Source of the DNA: Fidelibacterota bacterium
Lineage (GTDB): Bacteria; Fidelibacterota; Fidelibacteria; Fidelibacterales; DSDE01
Assembly (NCBI GenBank): GCA_046735395.1
Contig: JBJKQR010000078.1
Span: forward strand, 1-64,000
Length of the DNA stretch: 64,000 bases
Reading direction: 5' to 3'
The stretch's first letter is position 1. Each line of letters begins with the position of its first letter. This document shows, one piece after another, positions 49,063 through 58,513 of the stretch. The translations under genes were made by a program, and so were the position numbers. Under the pieces are notes generated by a model. That model worked only from the letters and a program-made list of their open reading frames with translations, ran no database searches and was not told where the DNA came from.

Positions 49063-50047
49063 ATGATGTTAGATAATAACAAAACAGATGAAAATAAAAT
49101 TGTCAGTAAGCCTGCAGTAGGTGTTTCGGCATGCCTGGCCGGACAGCGGGTACGCTATGACGGGGATATGAAAACGGACTTTTTCGTAAGCAATTTTCTA
49201 GAAAGGTATGTTCTTGTAATTCCGGTCTGTCCGGAAGTTGAATGCGGAATGCCCGTTCCCAGACCGGCGATGCATCTGGAAGAATTAAATGATTCTGTAC
49301 GCATGGTGACAAATAGTTCGGCGACAGATAAAAGTGATCAGATGTACAACTGGGTTGACAGGAAGGTTACAAATCTCCGTACCGATCAGCTTTGCGGGTT
49401 CATATTAAAATCAAAATCACCCAGTTGCGGACTGGATCATGTAAAAATCAAACGTTCCGGCGTCTGGGAGCGAAATGGGCGGGGAATCTTTGCAGGCGCA
49501 ATTCAGCAGGAATTTCCCGCAATTCCAACTGTGGATGAGGTCCGATTGGGTAATCCTGAAGTGAGAAAGAATTTCATAATTAGACTGTTCACCTATTGGG
49601 AGGTTAATACGGGAGCATTATCCGGATTTTACTGCAGTGCAGGATTTTCATAAACAGCACGAACTCCTCTTTCTGACACATTCTCCTGCAGAATACAGAG
49701 CTTTATCCCGGTTTCTTGCGGCGAATGAAAAACATTTTGAGGACAGTCCCGAATTATATGTTGAATATGAACGGTTAATGATGGCCATTCTCAGGAAAAA
49801 ACAGACAATCCCGAAGATTCTCAAAGTATTTAACAGACTACTTGGAAAGATAAAAAAGAGGATTACGGAACAGGAATTCCAGGAGCTGCAGCGGGCGGTT
49901 AAATCATTTTCAACGGAAGAATGTCCCCTGATTGTGCCGATCACATTGATCAATCACACCCTTACGGACAGGCATTATACGGAATATCAGGATCAGGTAT
50001 TTCTTCGGCCGGATCCAAACGAAGTATTTCTTTTAAATCATGTATAA
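49063..50047 (+). pseudogene. DUF523 (2-thiouracil desulfurase-like)-DUF1722 (YbgA) fusion split by a frameshift
   Basis: ORF 49063-49653 has SACL..RYDG, CPEVE and KSPSCG; overlapping frame 49637-50047 has FH..H.L...HSP..Y..L and PLIVPITLINH; a single +1 shift near 49600 joins them. Confidence 0.7.
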
Positions 50048-50109
50048 GAATTTCGGATGAGAGATGTCAGATAAATCAGGAACTGAAATAAATCAGATAG
50101 GATGGCGGG

Positions 50110-51213
50110 ATGTGGATGAGTTTGCTGGTTATTAGTTTCCTGGTCATTATTATCTACATGTATTATCTGTTATATATTTCGCAGGGAACGCGGAATCCGG
50201 GGCGGAACGACTTTACGCCGAATGTTTCTGTTCTGCTTGCATTCAGAAATGAAGAAGAAAATCTGCCGGCCTGTATCGAAAGCCTGCAGAATCTGGATTA
50301 TCCCGTGGATCGTTTGGACATTCTGCTCATAGACGATGGCTCCGAAGATTCCGGACATGAGTTTGCTGTAGAATTAATCCGGAAAACCCCTCATATCCGC
50401 GTTGTGGATGTGGTATCAGATGAGAGGAATGGGGGTAAGGGGAAGATGGAAGCGCTGCGGCAGGGTATAAACCACAGCAGCGGTGAAGTAATCTTCATTA
50501 CAGATGCGGATTGCCGTGTCGAAGCCTCCTGGATTCAGGGGCTGTTAAGAGGATTTGATCAGGAAACCGGCATGGTGGGGGGATTTACGGACATCGGAGC
50601 AGAATCCGCAGGTGGAATAGCCCGGCTGCAGAATACGGACATGCTGTATCTGCAGACTGTTTCGGGGTTAAATGCCCTGCGGAACAAGCCACTGACCATT
50701 CTGGGAAATAACATGGCTTTTCGTCGTACGGCCTACGAAGATGTGGGCGGGTATGAAGCGCTGCCCTTTTCCATTACGGAAGATTTTGCACTGATGGATG
50801 CCATGGACCGTCACAGCCATTGGAAGATTAAATATATTTTTCCGCATCAGGATGAAGGCGTACAGGCAGAAGCGGAAGCATCTTTCGGCGAATTCATGAT
50901 CCAGCGGCTGCGGTGGGTGCGGGGTGGACTGACGGCACCTGTACGAACCTGGGCGACGATGTTGCTTTTATTTCTCATCCGTATCCTGATTCTTGTTTTG
51001 CTTCCGGCGTCATTCCTTGATATCCGTTTTAGCATTCCGGCACTTATTATTTATTCGGCTGATTTTATCTTTATACGAACGAAAGCTCCGAAGCGTGCGG
51101 GATGGAACCACGTTCTGCTGTGGGAAGTATTTTCAGCTGTTTATGCCTTTCTTTTGTTCCTGTCTATTTTATCCGGGAAAAAGGTCACATGGAAAGGACG
51201 CCGTTTCCCCTGA
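50110..51213 (+). CDS. Membrane-bound family 2 glycosyltransferase
   Basis: RNEEENL, DDGSED, TDADC, TED, QRLRW and WKGR motifs; N- and C-terminal TM helices. Confidence 0.9.
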   Translation: MWMSLLVISFLVIIIYMYYLLYISQGTRNPGRNDFTPNVSVLLAFRNEEENLPACIESLQNLDYPVDRLDILLIDDGSEDSGHEFAVELIRKTPHIRVVDVVSDERNGGKGKMEALRQGINHSSGEVIFITDADCRVEASWIQGLLRGFDQETGMVGGFTDIGAESAGGIARLQNTDMLYLQTVSGLNALRNKPLTILGNNMAFRRTAYEDVGGYEALPFSITEDFALMDAMDRHSHWKIKYIFPHQDEGVQAEAEASFGEFMIQRLRWVRGGLTAPVRTWATMLLLFLIRILILVLLPASFLDIRFSIPALIIYSADFIFIRTKAPKRAGWNHVLLWEVFSAVYAFLLFLSILSGKKVTWKGRRFP

Positions 51214-51396
51214 TCTGTTGCACCCCGTATTTGTATAATTTCCCCGAGGCCCAAAAGCCTGCTTGAACATCATGGTTAAAAATGACTAACTTTCGGTCAG
51301 GATTGAGCGGATGAGAAAGACAGGAAATTCCGATCACATCATTTCCGCAAACAAAACCGCGCTAAAATTGGGAAAAATTGATATGAAAGGAGAATT

Positions 51397-52635
51397 ATGA
51401 AATTGAATACATATTCCCTCGGAATGGGTGACCGCTTCGGCCATGAGGCGGATGCCCAGCTCGAAGTAGTCAGAAAAGCATCGGAACTCGGTGTGGACAT
51501 TACGCCCGTCTGGAATAAATCCCATCGGGAACACACTCTGATCGGATCATCACCCGAGAACACACGTCTCGCGGCAGAAAAAGCCGTGAAACAGGCGGGA
51601 TGGGCCGCTCCATGGTTTGTGGATGCGGATCACATTACTCTGAAGACAGTGCCCTTTTTCATTGAATCCTGCAATTTCTTCACGATTGATGTTGCTGATT
51701 ATATCGGGCAGGCTGCTGCTGCTGATCATATTGATGCCTATCTAAGCGCAGCTGCATCCGGATTGAAGAGTGTTCCGGTTGATCTGTGGGCCGGCGGCCC
51801 CGTGGCGGATGAAAATTTGCGTCAAATTGCAGAAAAATATCTCCTGGCGGTGGAGAAGGCGGCAGAAGTGTACCGATATATCGTTGATCACCGCAGCGAT
51901 AATCCCGTTATTGAAGTGTCCATGGATGAAACGGATATCCCTCAGTCCCCCGAGGAACTCTATTTCATTCTGGATATGATATCCCGGGCAGATATTCGCT
52001 GCAATACGATCGCGCCGAGATTCTCGGGATATTTTTACAAGGGTGTGAATTACGTGGGAGATACCGATCGGTTTGCGCGTGAATTTGACATGGATGTTCT
52101 GGTGATCGGCGAAGCGGTGAAACGTATGGATCTGCCGAAGGATCTGAAACTGTCAGTCCATTCCGGCAGTGATAAGTTTTCCCTGTATCCCCTCATCCGC
52201 ACTACACTCAGAGCGCGTGGGGCGGGGCTGCACCTGAAAACAGCCGGAACGACCTGGCTGGAAGAATTGATCGGCCTGGCCGAATCCGGTAAATCAGGTG
52301 CTGAACTCGTTCGCGAAATTTATGCGGAAGGCTATCAGCGGCGCGAAGAATTGTGCAAGCCCTATGCATCCGTTGTAAATATTTCCGATATGAACCTGCC
52401 TGTGCCGGAGGAGCTGCATACCTGGGATGGAAATCGAATAGCTGCAGCTCTGCGGCATGATGGCACTCATCCTGATTACAATTCTGATCTCCGGCAGCTG
52501 CTCCATGTAAGTTTTAAACTGGCTGCCGCCATGGGCGACCGTTATATTGATGCAATTGAAGAAAATCATCGGATCATTGCAAAGAACGTGACGGATAATC
52601 TGTTCGAACGTCATGTTCGGGCTTTGTTTCTCTGA
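51397..52635 (+). CDS. uxaE: Tagaturonate/fructuronate epimerase UxaE family
   Basis: GMGDRFG, WNKS.REH, VDADH, EVSMDE, LSVHSGSDKF and HLKTAGTTWLEE motifs. Confidence 0.88.
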   Translation: MKLNTYSLGMGDRFGHEADAQLEVVRKASELGVDITPVWNKSHREHTLIGSSPENTRLAAEKAVKQAGWAAPWFVDADHITLKTVPFFIESCNFFTIDVADYIGQAAAADHIDAYLSAAASGLKSVPVDLWAGGPVADENLRQIAEKYLLAVEKAAEVYRYIVDHRSDNPVIEVSMDETDIPQSPEELYFILDMISRADIRCNTIAPRFSGYFYKGVNYVGDTDRFAREFDMDVLVIGEAVKRMDLPKDLKLSVHSGSDKFSLYPLIRTTLRARGAGLHLKTAGTTWLEELIGLAESGKSGAELVREIYAEGYQRREELCKPYASVVNISDMNLPVPEELHTWDGNRIAAALRHDGTHPDYNSDLRQLLHVSFKLAAAMGDRYIDAIEENHRIIAKNVTDNLFERHVRALFL

Positions 52636-52654
52636 GATAATAAAACAGCTACAT

Positions 52655-52688
52655 AAAAAAAAACCGGCGATGAGTTCGCCGGTTTTTT
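52655..52688. terminator. Bidirectional Rho-independent terminator
   Basis: A-tract-CCGGCGA-TGAGT-TCGCCGG-T-tract between convergent genes. Confidence 0.9.
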
Positions 52689-52704
52689 CATTATGTCAGA
52701 TAAA

Positions 52705-55700
52705 TTATTCGCTGATGGGTTCGAGAACGGGTTCGGCGATTTCCTCAATCACAGGCTGGGGAAGCGGTTCCTTCAGAATGCGGAGAATGCCTTTCATCAG
52801 ATCCTGTCTCTGCTGCCGGGACGGAATGGATTCGAAGGGTACTGAAAAGGAGACTGCTGAATAATCGGCTGTCTTCGCTGCAATGCCGCATCCGAATTGA
52901 TTTTCGCTGAATCTCAGGATGACCCGGGCGGTTGAGTCCGCGGTACCGATCTCATCGGGGGATTCAACCTTGTAGAGGTCGGCACGGAAATCGGCATTGT
53001 AGGCCAGGTTCTCTTCGTAGGGGCAGAGCAGAGTATCATTGGAAAAAATTCCGGGTGTTGTGGAGGCCTGGGTCCGAAGCAGTTTGATTTTAAGGAAATC
53101 GCGGGCAAAATCGCGTCCGCAGGTATCTTCGGCAGCACCGTATAAATATGGATCCGAAGCAATGTATGCACCGGATACGAACAGCATTTTTCCATTACTC
53201 AGGGCATTCTCCAGCCAATGGCTCAATCCGGGCGTGAATAATGTAAAACGGCTGCCCAATGATTTTTCCATGGAGGATGCCGGCCGGGGTGTCGTCTTCT
53301 CTTCACCGCCGATCACATCGATCATGCTGTAGCTGTCAGCCGAAACCAGGCTGTCCTCGATACATTCGTCACTGACCGTGACAAACGCGTACCCTGCGGA
53401 TCTCAGCGCATCTCCGTGGATGACAGGGTAATCAAACCTGTTTCCGGCGATGGCTGTAGTTTCATATTTCGAGAAACTTCCACCGAATCCGCTCATATCG
53501 TTTGTTTTCCATGAGGATTTCGGATCGAAGTCGTACTGAACTCCGGTGAAGCTGTAGTCGGTCATGTAGGGCACGCCTTCGTCGCGCAGATTCACGAAAC
53601 CGGCATATTCCTTGCGGTTTACCCAATCGGGGGCGGAAATGCGGTCAAAGGCGGAAATGATGAGAGCCGTATCCTGCATCGCGTTACCACGGCAGGCGGA
53701 TACAACTTCAGAGGGAAAGCTCTCTCCGCCGGCATTGACGGCAATAACCTTGAAACTGTAAATCGTTCCCGGTTTTGCCTGCCGAAGCAGGTATTCATTT
53801 CCGGTGACGAGTGTACCTTCGTCGAATTCACCATTTTCGAACCGAGTATAGACTAAGTACCGATCCGGTACCGCTGTCGGTTCCAGCGCATCGTTTACAG
53901 CCCTCCAGGCCAGTCGGATCCCACCCTCTTCCGTAAGTTCGGTGGAGAGATGATCCACTGGGAGCGGCTGGACGACATAGGGGACCTTGTTCTGAAAACT
54001 GAGGAAGCGCAGCATGCTCTTATAGATGGCGCGGGAAACATCAAAACGGAATTGGGGATCCAGTCCGAATTTCATATCCTGAAAATTCTGGTGGCTCAGC
54101 AGTTCGAGGATCATAGCCGGGGTATTGGGCCGGCTGGATTCACTGTAGTAGGAATTCATGAGGGAGCGGCGGGGCCATTTGGGATCCCAGTTCTGTCGCA
54201 GATCCTCGACGATCTGTGTCTGAAGCAGATCCGCATAGTCGCGGGCCATGATGCGAGGCCGTCCGTCCGGGTAGTTGAGCGTCGTATCCATTCCCATATT
54301 ATTATAGATAGCCAGGGTCCCGATTTCTGATTCATCATGGGTGATACCGGCATCGGTATGAAAGGCCAGGCTCAGATCTACCGGAACGTGAAGCCCTTCG
54401 TTTTCGGGCAGACCATTTTTCGGTGCGTCTGGGCCGCCGATGAGATAATTCACCCATTCACCGCGGCATTTGTAATCGTCATTATAATCGAGTGTGTCCG
54501 CATGAAAACTGTAAACGAGCGTATCCGGCATACCGGCATACTGGAGCCAGTAGCGTGATGCTTCATAAAAACGGGATCGTCTGGATACTTTTCCGTCACG
54601 GTAGACATTACCCATACCGCCGCCGAAACGTACGGCATCGGCAGAGATTCTCCGCTGACTGTCGTCTGCAGCATTGGACAGGATAACCTGTCGTTCGGAA
54701 ACGGGGCTGTCCTTTTTAAAATCAAAGGTTCCGAGGTAAATCCAGGTTCCGCCTCCCATGGTCTGATTCACTAAGTAGTGGCTGTCACCGCCGGCATGGG
54801 CCACCGTGTACCGGGCATTGCGCACATTCAGGCTGTCTTGATGGTAGCTTACATAGACGGCATAAGCGCCGTCCTCAGGAATATCGGCGGTCCATTCCAC
54901 GTGTCCGCTTTCTTCCGGAACGGCTGCAAAACTCACAGCTGTACCAAGTTTGAAGGGGTTTTCGCTATCCAGACGGCCCAGCGCCCGGAAACCAGGCAGG
55001 CTGTCCGTTTCAGTTGTCAGATTTACGATGCGATACCGTCCGTCCTGTTTCGGTGTGTCATTATCAACGACACATTCGTGAATCTGCGGATCCCGTTCCC
55101 GCGGAAGCAGAACCACCGCGCCGGCGTTTTCCAGCATGGGAACCAGGAAGGGAACTGAAAAGGACAGGGGAAACAGATCTTCAGCCGTCTGCCAGAGACG
55201 GGGGCGTTCCCATTCCCAGCGGTCCTGTAAATTGTTGTAATACCATCCGTGGCTGTGCCACAACGCAATGTGCCGGTTCTGCAGGCCGTCCGCAATGGTA
55301 AAGGGCTTATCAATATTCCGGACCAGGGGATAGGGGCTGCCGCTGGCAGGCAATGAGGCCATACGCAGTGAATCGATGGGGAATTCGGATCTGAAATAAT
55401 TGGGAACCAGTTCGGTAATGGGGTAGTGATCAGCGAAAAGATTCACATTCCAGGATGAATATCGCCATCCGAGAGCTTTTTTCATGGCCGCATCAAACGC
55501 TTTTATATCCGCTTCACGATAGGCGCGGGATGTAAATCTGCGATTCAGATACAGCTCGGCACTGTGATGTTTCCGGTCTATACTGAGTGAATCCAGGCGA
55601 CTGAAAGGAGGAACTTCGACAGCACCCTTTCCTGCTTCACTGGTAACCAGATAGCGGGTTGCTTTCCGGTAAAGCTGTTTTTCCCTGTGGTTCAGAGAAT

Positions 55701-55800
55701 TGAAATACGCTTTCTGCCGTCCGCGCATGGGCATGCTGGAACAGGAAATCAAAGTCAGAAAGGTGAGCAGGGCGAGTGCCCCAAATACAGTTTTTTTCAT
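52705..55800 (-). CDS. Lipoprotein with amidase_3-like, golvesin/CBM-like and FN3 domains (family often labelled 'xanthan lyase')
   Basis: Lipobox LISC; HIALWHSHG, ED, AFHTDA and LELLSH putative Zn-amidase residues; GGTWIYLGTF, ADAVRFGGG; FN3 YSFKVIAVNAGGES. Confidence 0.8.
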   Translation of the reverse strand: MKKTVFGALALLTFLTLISCSSMPMRGRQKAYFNSLNHREKQLYRKATRYLVTSEAGKGAVEVPPFSRLDSLSIDRKHHSAELYLNRRFTSRAYREADIKAFDAAMKKALGWRYSSWNVNLFADHYPITELVPNYFRSEFPIDSLRMASLPASGSPYPLVRNIDKPFTIADGLQNRHIALWHSHGWYYNNLQDRWEWERPRLWQTAEDLFPLSFSVPFLVPMLENAGAVVLLPRERDPQIHECVVDNDTPKQDGRYRIVNLTTETDSLPGFRALGRLDSENPFKLGTAVSFAAVPEESGHVEWTADIPEDGAYAVYVSYHQDSLNVRNARYTVAHAGGDSHYLVNQTMGGGTWIYLGTFDFKKDSPVSERQVILSNAADDSQRRISADAVRFGGGMGNVYRDGKVSRRSRFYEASRYWLQYAGMPDTLVYSFHADTLDYNDDYKCRGEWVNYLIGGPDAPKNGLPENEGLHVPVDLSLAFHTDAGITHDESEIGTLAIYNNMGMDTTLNYPDGRPRIMARDYADLLQTQIVEDLRQNWDPKWPRRSLMNSYYSESSRPNTPAMILELLSHQNFQDMKFGLDPQFRFDVSRAIYKSMLRFLSFQNKVPYVVQPLPVDHLSTELTEEGGIRLAWRAVNDALEPTAVPDRYLVYTRFENGEFDEGTLVTGNEYLLRQAKPGTIYSFKVIAVNAGGESFPSEVVSACRGNAMQDTALIISAFDRISAPDWVNRKEYAGFVNLRDEGVPYMTDYSFTGVQYDFDPKSSWKTNDMSGFGGSFSKYETTAIAGNRFDYPVIHGDALRSAGYAFVTVSDECIEDSLVSADSYSMIDVIGGEEKTTPRPASSMEKSLGSRFTLFTPGLSHWLENALSNGKMLFVSGAYIASDPYLYGAAEDTCGRDFARDFLKIKLLRTQASTTPGIFSNDTLLCPYEENLAYNADFRADLYKVESPDEIGTADSTARVILRFSENQFGCGIAAKTADYSAVSFSVPFESIPSRQQRQDLMKGILRILKEPLPQPVIEEIAEPVLEPISE

Positions 55801-55831
55801 ATTACAGGCTCCAATTTATCTACAGGAAGGG

Positions 55832-57253
55832 TTATTTGAGATATTCGACATCCATGTGATAGGACCATTTGTTGAAATACAGATTTCCGCCTCTCCAGTC
55901 CAGTTCTCCCCGCTGAAAATCCACCGTTTCGCTGCGGAGATGGATTTTGGCCGGGAAGAAGGGCTGGCCGTAGTCATCATTGACAATGAGGCGGTAGGCA
56001 TCGATGCCATTGGAATAATAATATTTCACCCGCTCATCATCAGAAGGCTGCAGGCCGAAGCTCTGATCCACAGGGACCCATCCGATTCCTTCAAAATAAA
56101 CCTCGCACCAGTCGTGCAGGTTGATATCACCCGGGTGCAGCATCCACCCGCTCTGCCATTTTGCCGGAATTCCGTTATACCGGGCCAGAGTCATGAACAG
56201 AAGTGTCACCTGGCCGCAGTCACCCTTGTGGTTTGCAATGCAGTACTCGGGAATATTTTCAATGGTGCTGTATTCACGGGCAGAGGCCCAGGGATAATTC
56301 TCAGAAATGTAACTGAAAATTTTGCGAACGATGAGATAGGGATTTTTTTCGTTTCCCACCACTTTTTCTGAGATTTTGCGAATATCATCGCTGAACTGAA
56401 TGTGCTGGCGCTCGCCGGTGAATTCCTTGTAGAGAGCGCTGCGCTTATCGTAGGGCCGGATCATATCCGGTTTCAGATCGTACCATTGCGCCCGTGTCTC
56501 AATCTGAAGCGTGATGCTGAATTCCGTCTTTTTACCCGCTTCCGCTGCTTTCTGCATATAGATGCTTCTCTGCGCGTAACTGTCGGGAGCGATGACATAG
56601 TTTTCTTCACTGCAGTTCAGAAGTTCAACCCCGGTCTGCCGGGCATGGCTTTCCTTCGGAAAGGGCAGCCAGGCGGATACCATTTCACCGGCCGGGATGG
56701 CATCTGCATCCAGACTTACCGTGTAATGGAGTTTCATTTTCGTGACCGGTCCGAAAACATCAGCGCTGCGCTCAATTTTATTGACCGTTTCCGGCAGGTA
56801 GCCATTAAGGAAATTCTGCAGTACATTCTTGCCCGGGCCATCTACCGAGATTTTGACTTCCCCGGCCTCCTTGTTTATTCTGAACAGATTCGGGCCGGCA
56901 TTATTGAAATACCTCTTCCGGCCGTCAATGACCATGCATTCCAGCGAGTTACTGTCTTCCCAGTCACGAAGCTGATCACTGTCCAGATCGGGGTAATAGG
57001 GTTTCAGATACCGGTACATATCGTCTTCCGTCTTGCCGAAATCCAGGCGGATGCGGTTCATGACGCATTTTTTGTCTTCCAGATACTGGCGGTCTTTCTG
57101 GCTCAGATCCTGCTTCTGCAACATGACATCGATCTGTTTTTCCGCCTTTTCGAAATTTCCCCGACGGAATTCCTTCTCAATGTGCTGAAAATATTCCTGT
57201 CCGTACAGCATTGCAGCTCCCGCAATTAACAGTGTTAATACTATTTTTTTCAT
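55832..57253 (-). CDS. Exported transglutaminase-like protein
   Basis: Signal peptide; GDCGQ, HDW and GWVPVD triad motifs. Confidence 0.88.
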   Translation of the reverse strand: MKKIVLTLLIAGAAMLYGQEYFQHIEKEFRRGNFEKAEKQIDVMLQKQDLSQKDRQYLEDKKCVMNRIRLDFGKTEDDMYRYLKPYYPDLDSDQLRDWEDSNSLECMVIDGRKRYFNNAGPNLFRINKEAGEVKISVDGPGKNVLQNFLNGYLPETVNKIERSADVFGPVTKMKLHYTVSLDADAIPAGEMVSAWLPFPKESHARQTGVELLNCSEENYVIAPDSYAQRSIYMQKAAEAGKKTEFSITLQIETRAQWYDLKPDMIRPYDKRSALYKEFTGERQHIQFSDDIRKISEKVVGNEKNPYLIVRKIFSYISENYPWASAREYSTIENIPEYCIANHKGDCGQVTLLFMTLARYNGIPAKWQSGWMLHPGDINLHDWCEVYFEGIGWVPVDQSFGLQPSDDERVKYYYSNGIDAYRLIVNDDYGQPFFPAKIHLRSETVDFQRGELDWRGGNLYFNKWSYHMDVEYLK

Positions 57254-57268
57254 AATCTGTTCACTTTT

Positions 57269-58447
57269 TTAAAATAGGGTAATATTTGACAGCGCCATAT
57301 TTACATCGTCCCCTTCGAGCGGAAGGATGGCCTTGCCGTACAGAAAACTGTCATGCCGGTGTTTGGAATATTCCGGATCCTCCGGATTGAGGCTCTGGAT
57401 GTGAATGTACGAGGATTCATGAATAAATTTTGAATTGCCGATATAGATAGCGACGTGCGTGACCCGTTCCTTGTGCTTTTCACTGGCTTTGGAACCGAAG
57501 AAAAGGAGATCCCCGGGCTGCAGGCCTGAAAGATCATTCACATCGCTAGTGATGGTCCGGCCTTTGAGAACCTGCTGTGAAGCGTCACGGGGAAGCAGGA
57601 CACCGTTTTCGAAATATACCGTGCTGGAAAATCCGCTGCAGTCGAGCGCCTTGGCAGAGGTTCCGCCCCACATGTAGGGTACGCTGAAGAAGCGGTAAGC
57701 TGTTTCTATGATGTGCTGCCGGTCCGGCTTTACCGATGCCTGCCAGGCTTTGAAGTCACGGCAGTCTGATGATCTCACGTAGGCCTGGCGTCCGTCAGGA
57801 TATTCCACCTGCGTCCAGGAGCCGCTTACTGATACTTTTTTCAGGATATTATGGAGGACCAGGTCGGATACGTGACGGGATTTGTCATTGGCCTCGGCAA
57901 AACTGTGGCCGTATTCCCGGGTGAAAATGACTTTGTCCGCATCGTGCCAGGCTTTGCTCTCCTCTGCGTTCATTTCCGTGAACTGGCCGCTGTCCATCCA
58001 GCCCAGATAGCCGTTGGGAGTCTGCACATAGTACCAGTAACGTTTGTGTTTATATAATTTCAGAGGATGGCCCAGAAGTCCCTGGGTTACCAGTTCGGCC
58101 GAATTTTTCGGTTCACCTCTTAAATTGCATGCTGAAACATTGACGACGGCGTACACATCTTCACCCATATCCGCAGCCGGGAGCAGCTGAATGGAATCCG
58201 CGTACGTCAGTCCCCGTTCCTGACAGAACTGTTCCAGCTCTTCCCTGACTCCGGGAAGGTTGGTCTCTCCGGTCAGTGTAAGCGTTTTTCCTTTTTGTAA
58301 TACATCAATATCATAAACGGCCACTCTGCGGTCAGGTGCATGTTTTGATTTCAGATTATCAATCTCCGTCCGGACACTGTCGCGGTCCCGAACTCCACAG
58401 CCAAATGCCATGAAGACAACGAAGACGGTCAGAATATACTTTTTCAT
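57269..58447 (-). CDS. NlpC/P60 (C40) peptidase with SH3 domains, YkfC/dipeptidyl-peptidase VI-like lipoprotein
   Basis: Lipobox AFGC; ELVTQ..LG and W..V..P.GY.GW; PYMWGG, DCSG, LPRDASQQ, PGDLLFFG and HVAIY motifs. Confidence 0.9.
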   Translation of the reverse strand: MKKYILTVFVVFMAFGCGVRDRDSVRTEIDNLKSKHAPDRRVAVYDIDVLQKGKTLTLTGETNLPGVREELEQFCQERGLTYADSIQLLPAADMGEDVYAVVNVSACNLRGEPKNSAELVTQGLLGHPLKLYKHKRYWYYVQTPNGYLGWMDSGQFTEMNAEESKAWHDADKVIFTREYGHSFAEANDKSRHVSDLVLHNILKKVSVSGSWTQVEYPDGRQAYVRSSDCRDFKAWQASVKPDRQHIIETAYRFFSVPYMWGGTSAKALDCSGFSSTVYFENGVLLPRDASQQVLKGRTITSDVNDLSGLQPGDLLFFGSKASEKHKERVTHVAIYIGNSKFIHESSYIHIQSLNPEDPEYSKHRHDSFLYGKAILPLEGDDVNMALSNITLF

Positions 58448-58474
58448 AACTCTCCAATACTTATTTTATCGCCT

Positions 58475-58503
58475 AAATTATTGAATGCTAAGCAGGATAA
58501 CAA
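58475..58503 (-). promoter_or_regulatory. Putative promoter for the NlpC/P60 operon
   Basis: Minus strand TTGTTA-17 bp-TAATTT; GGAG SD downstream. Confidence 0.45.
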
Positions 58504-58513
58504 GAAAATTAAC

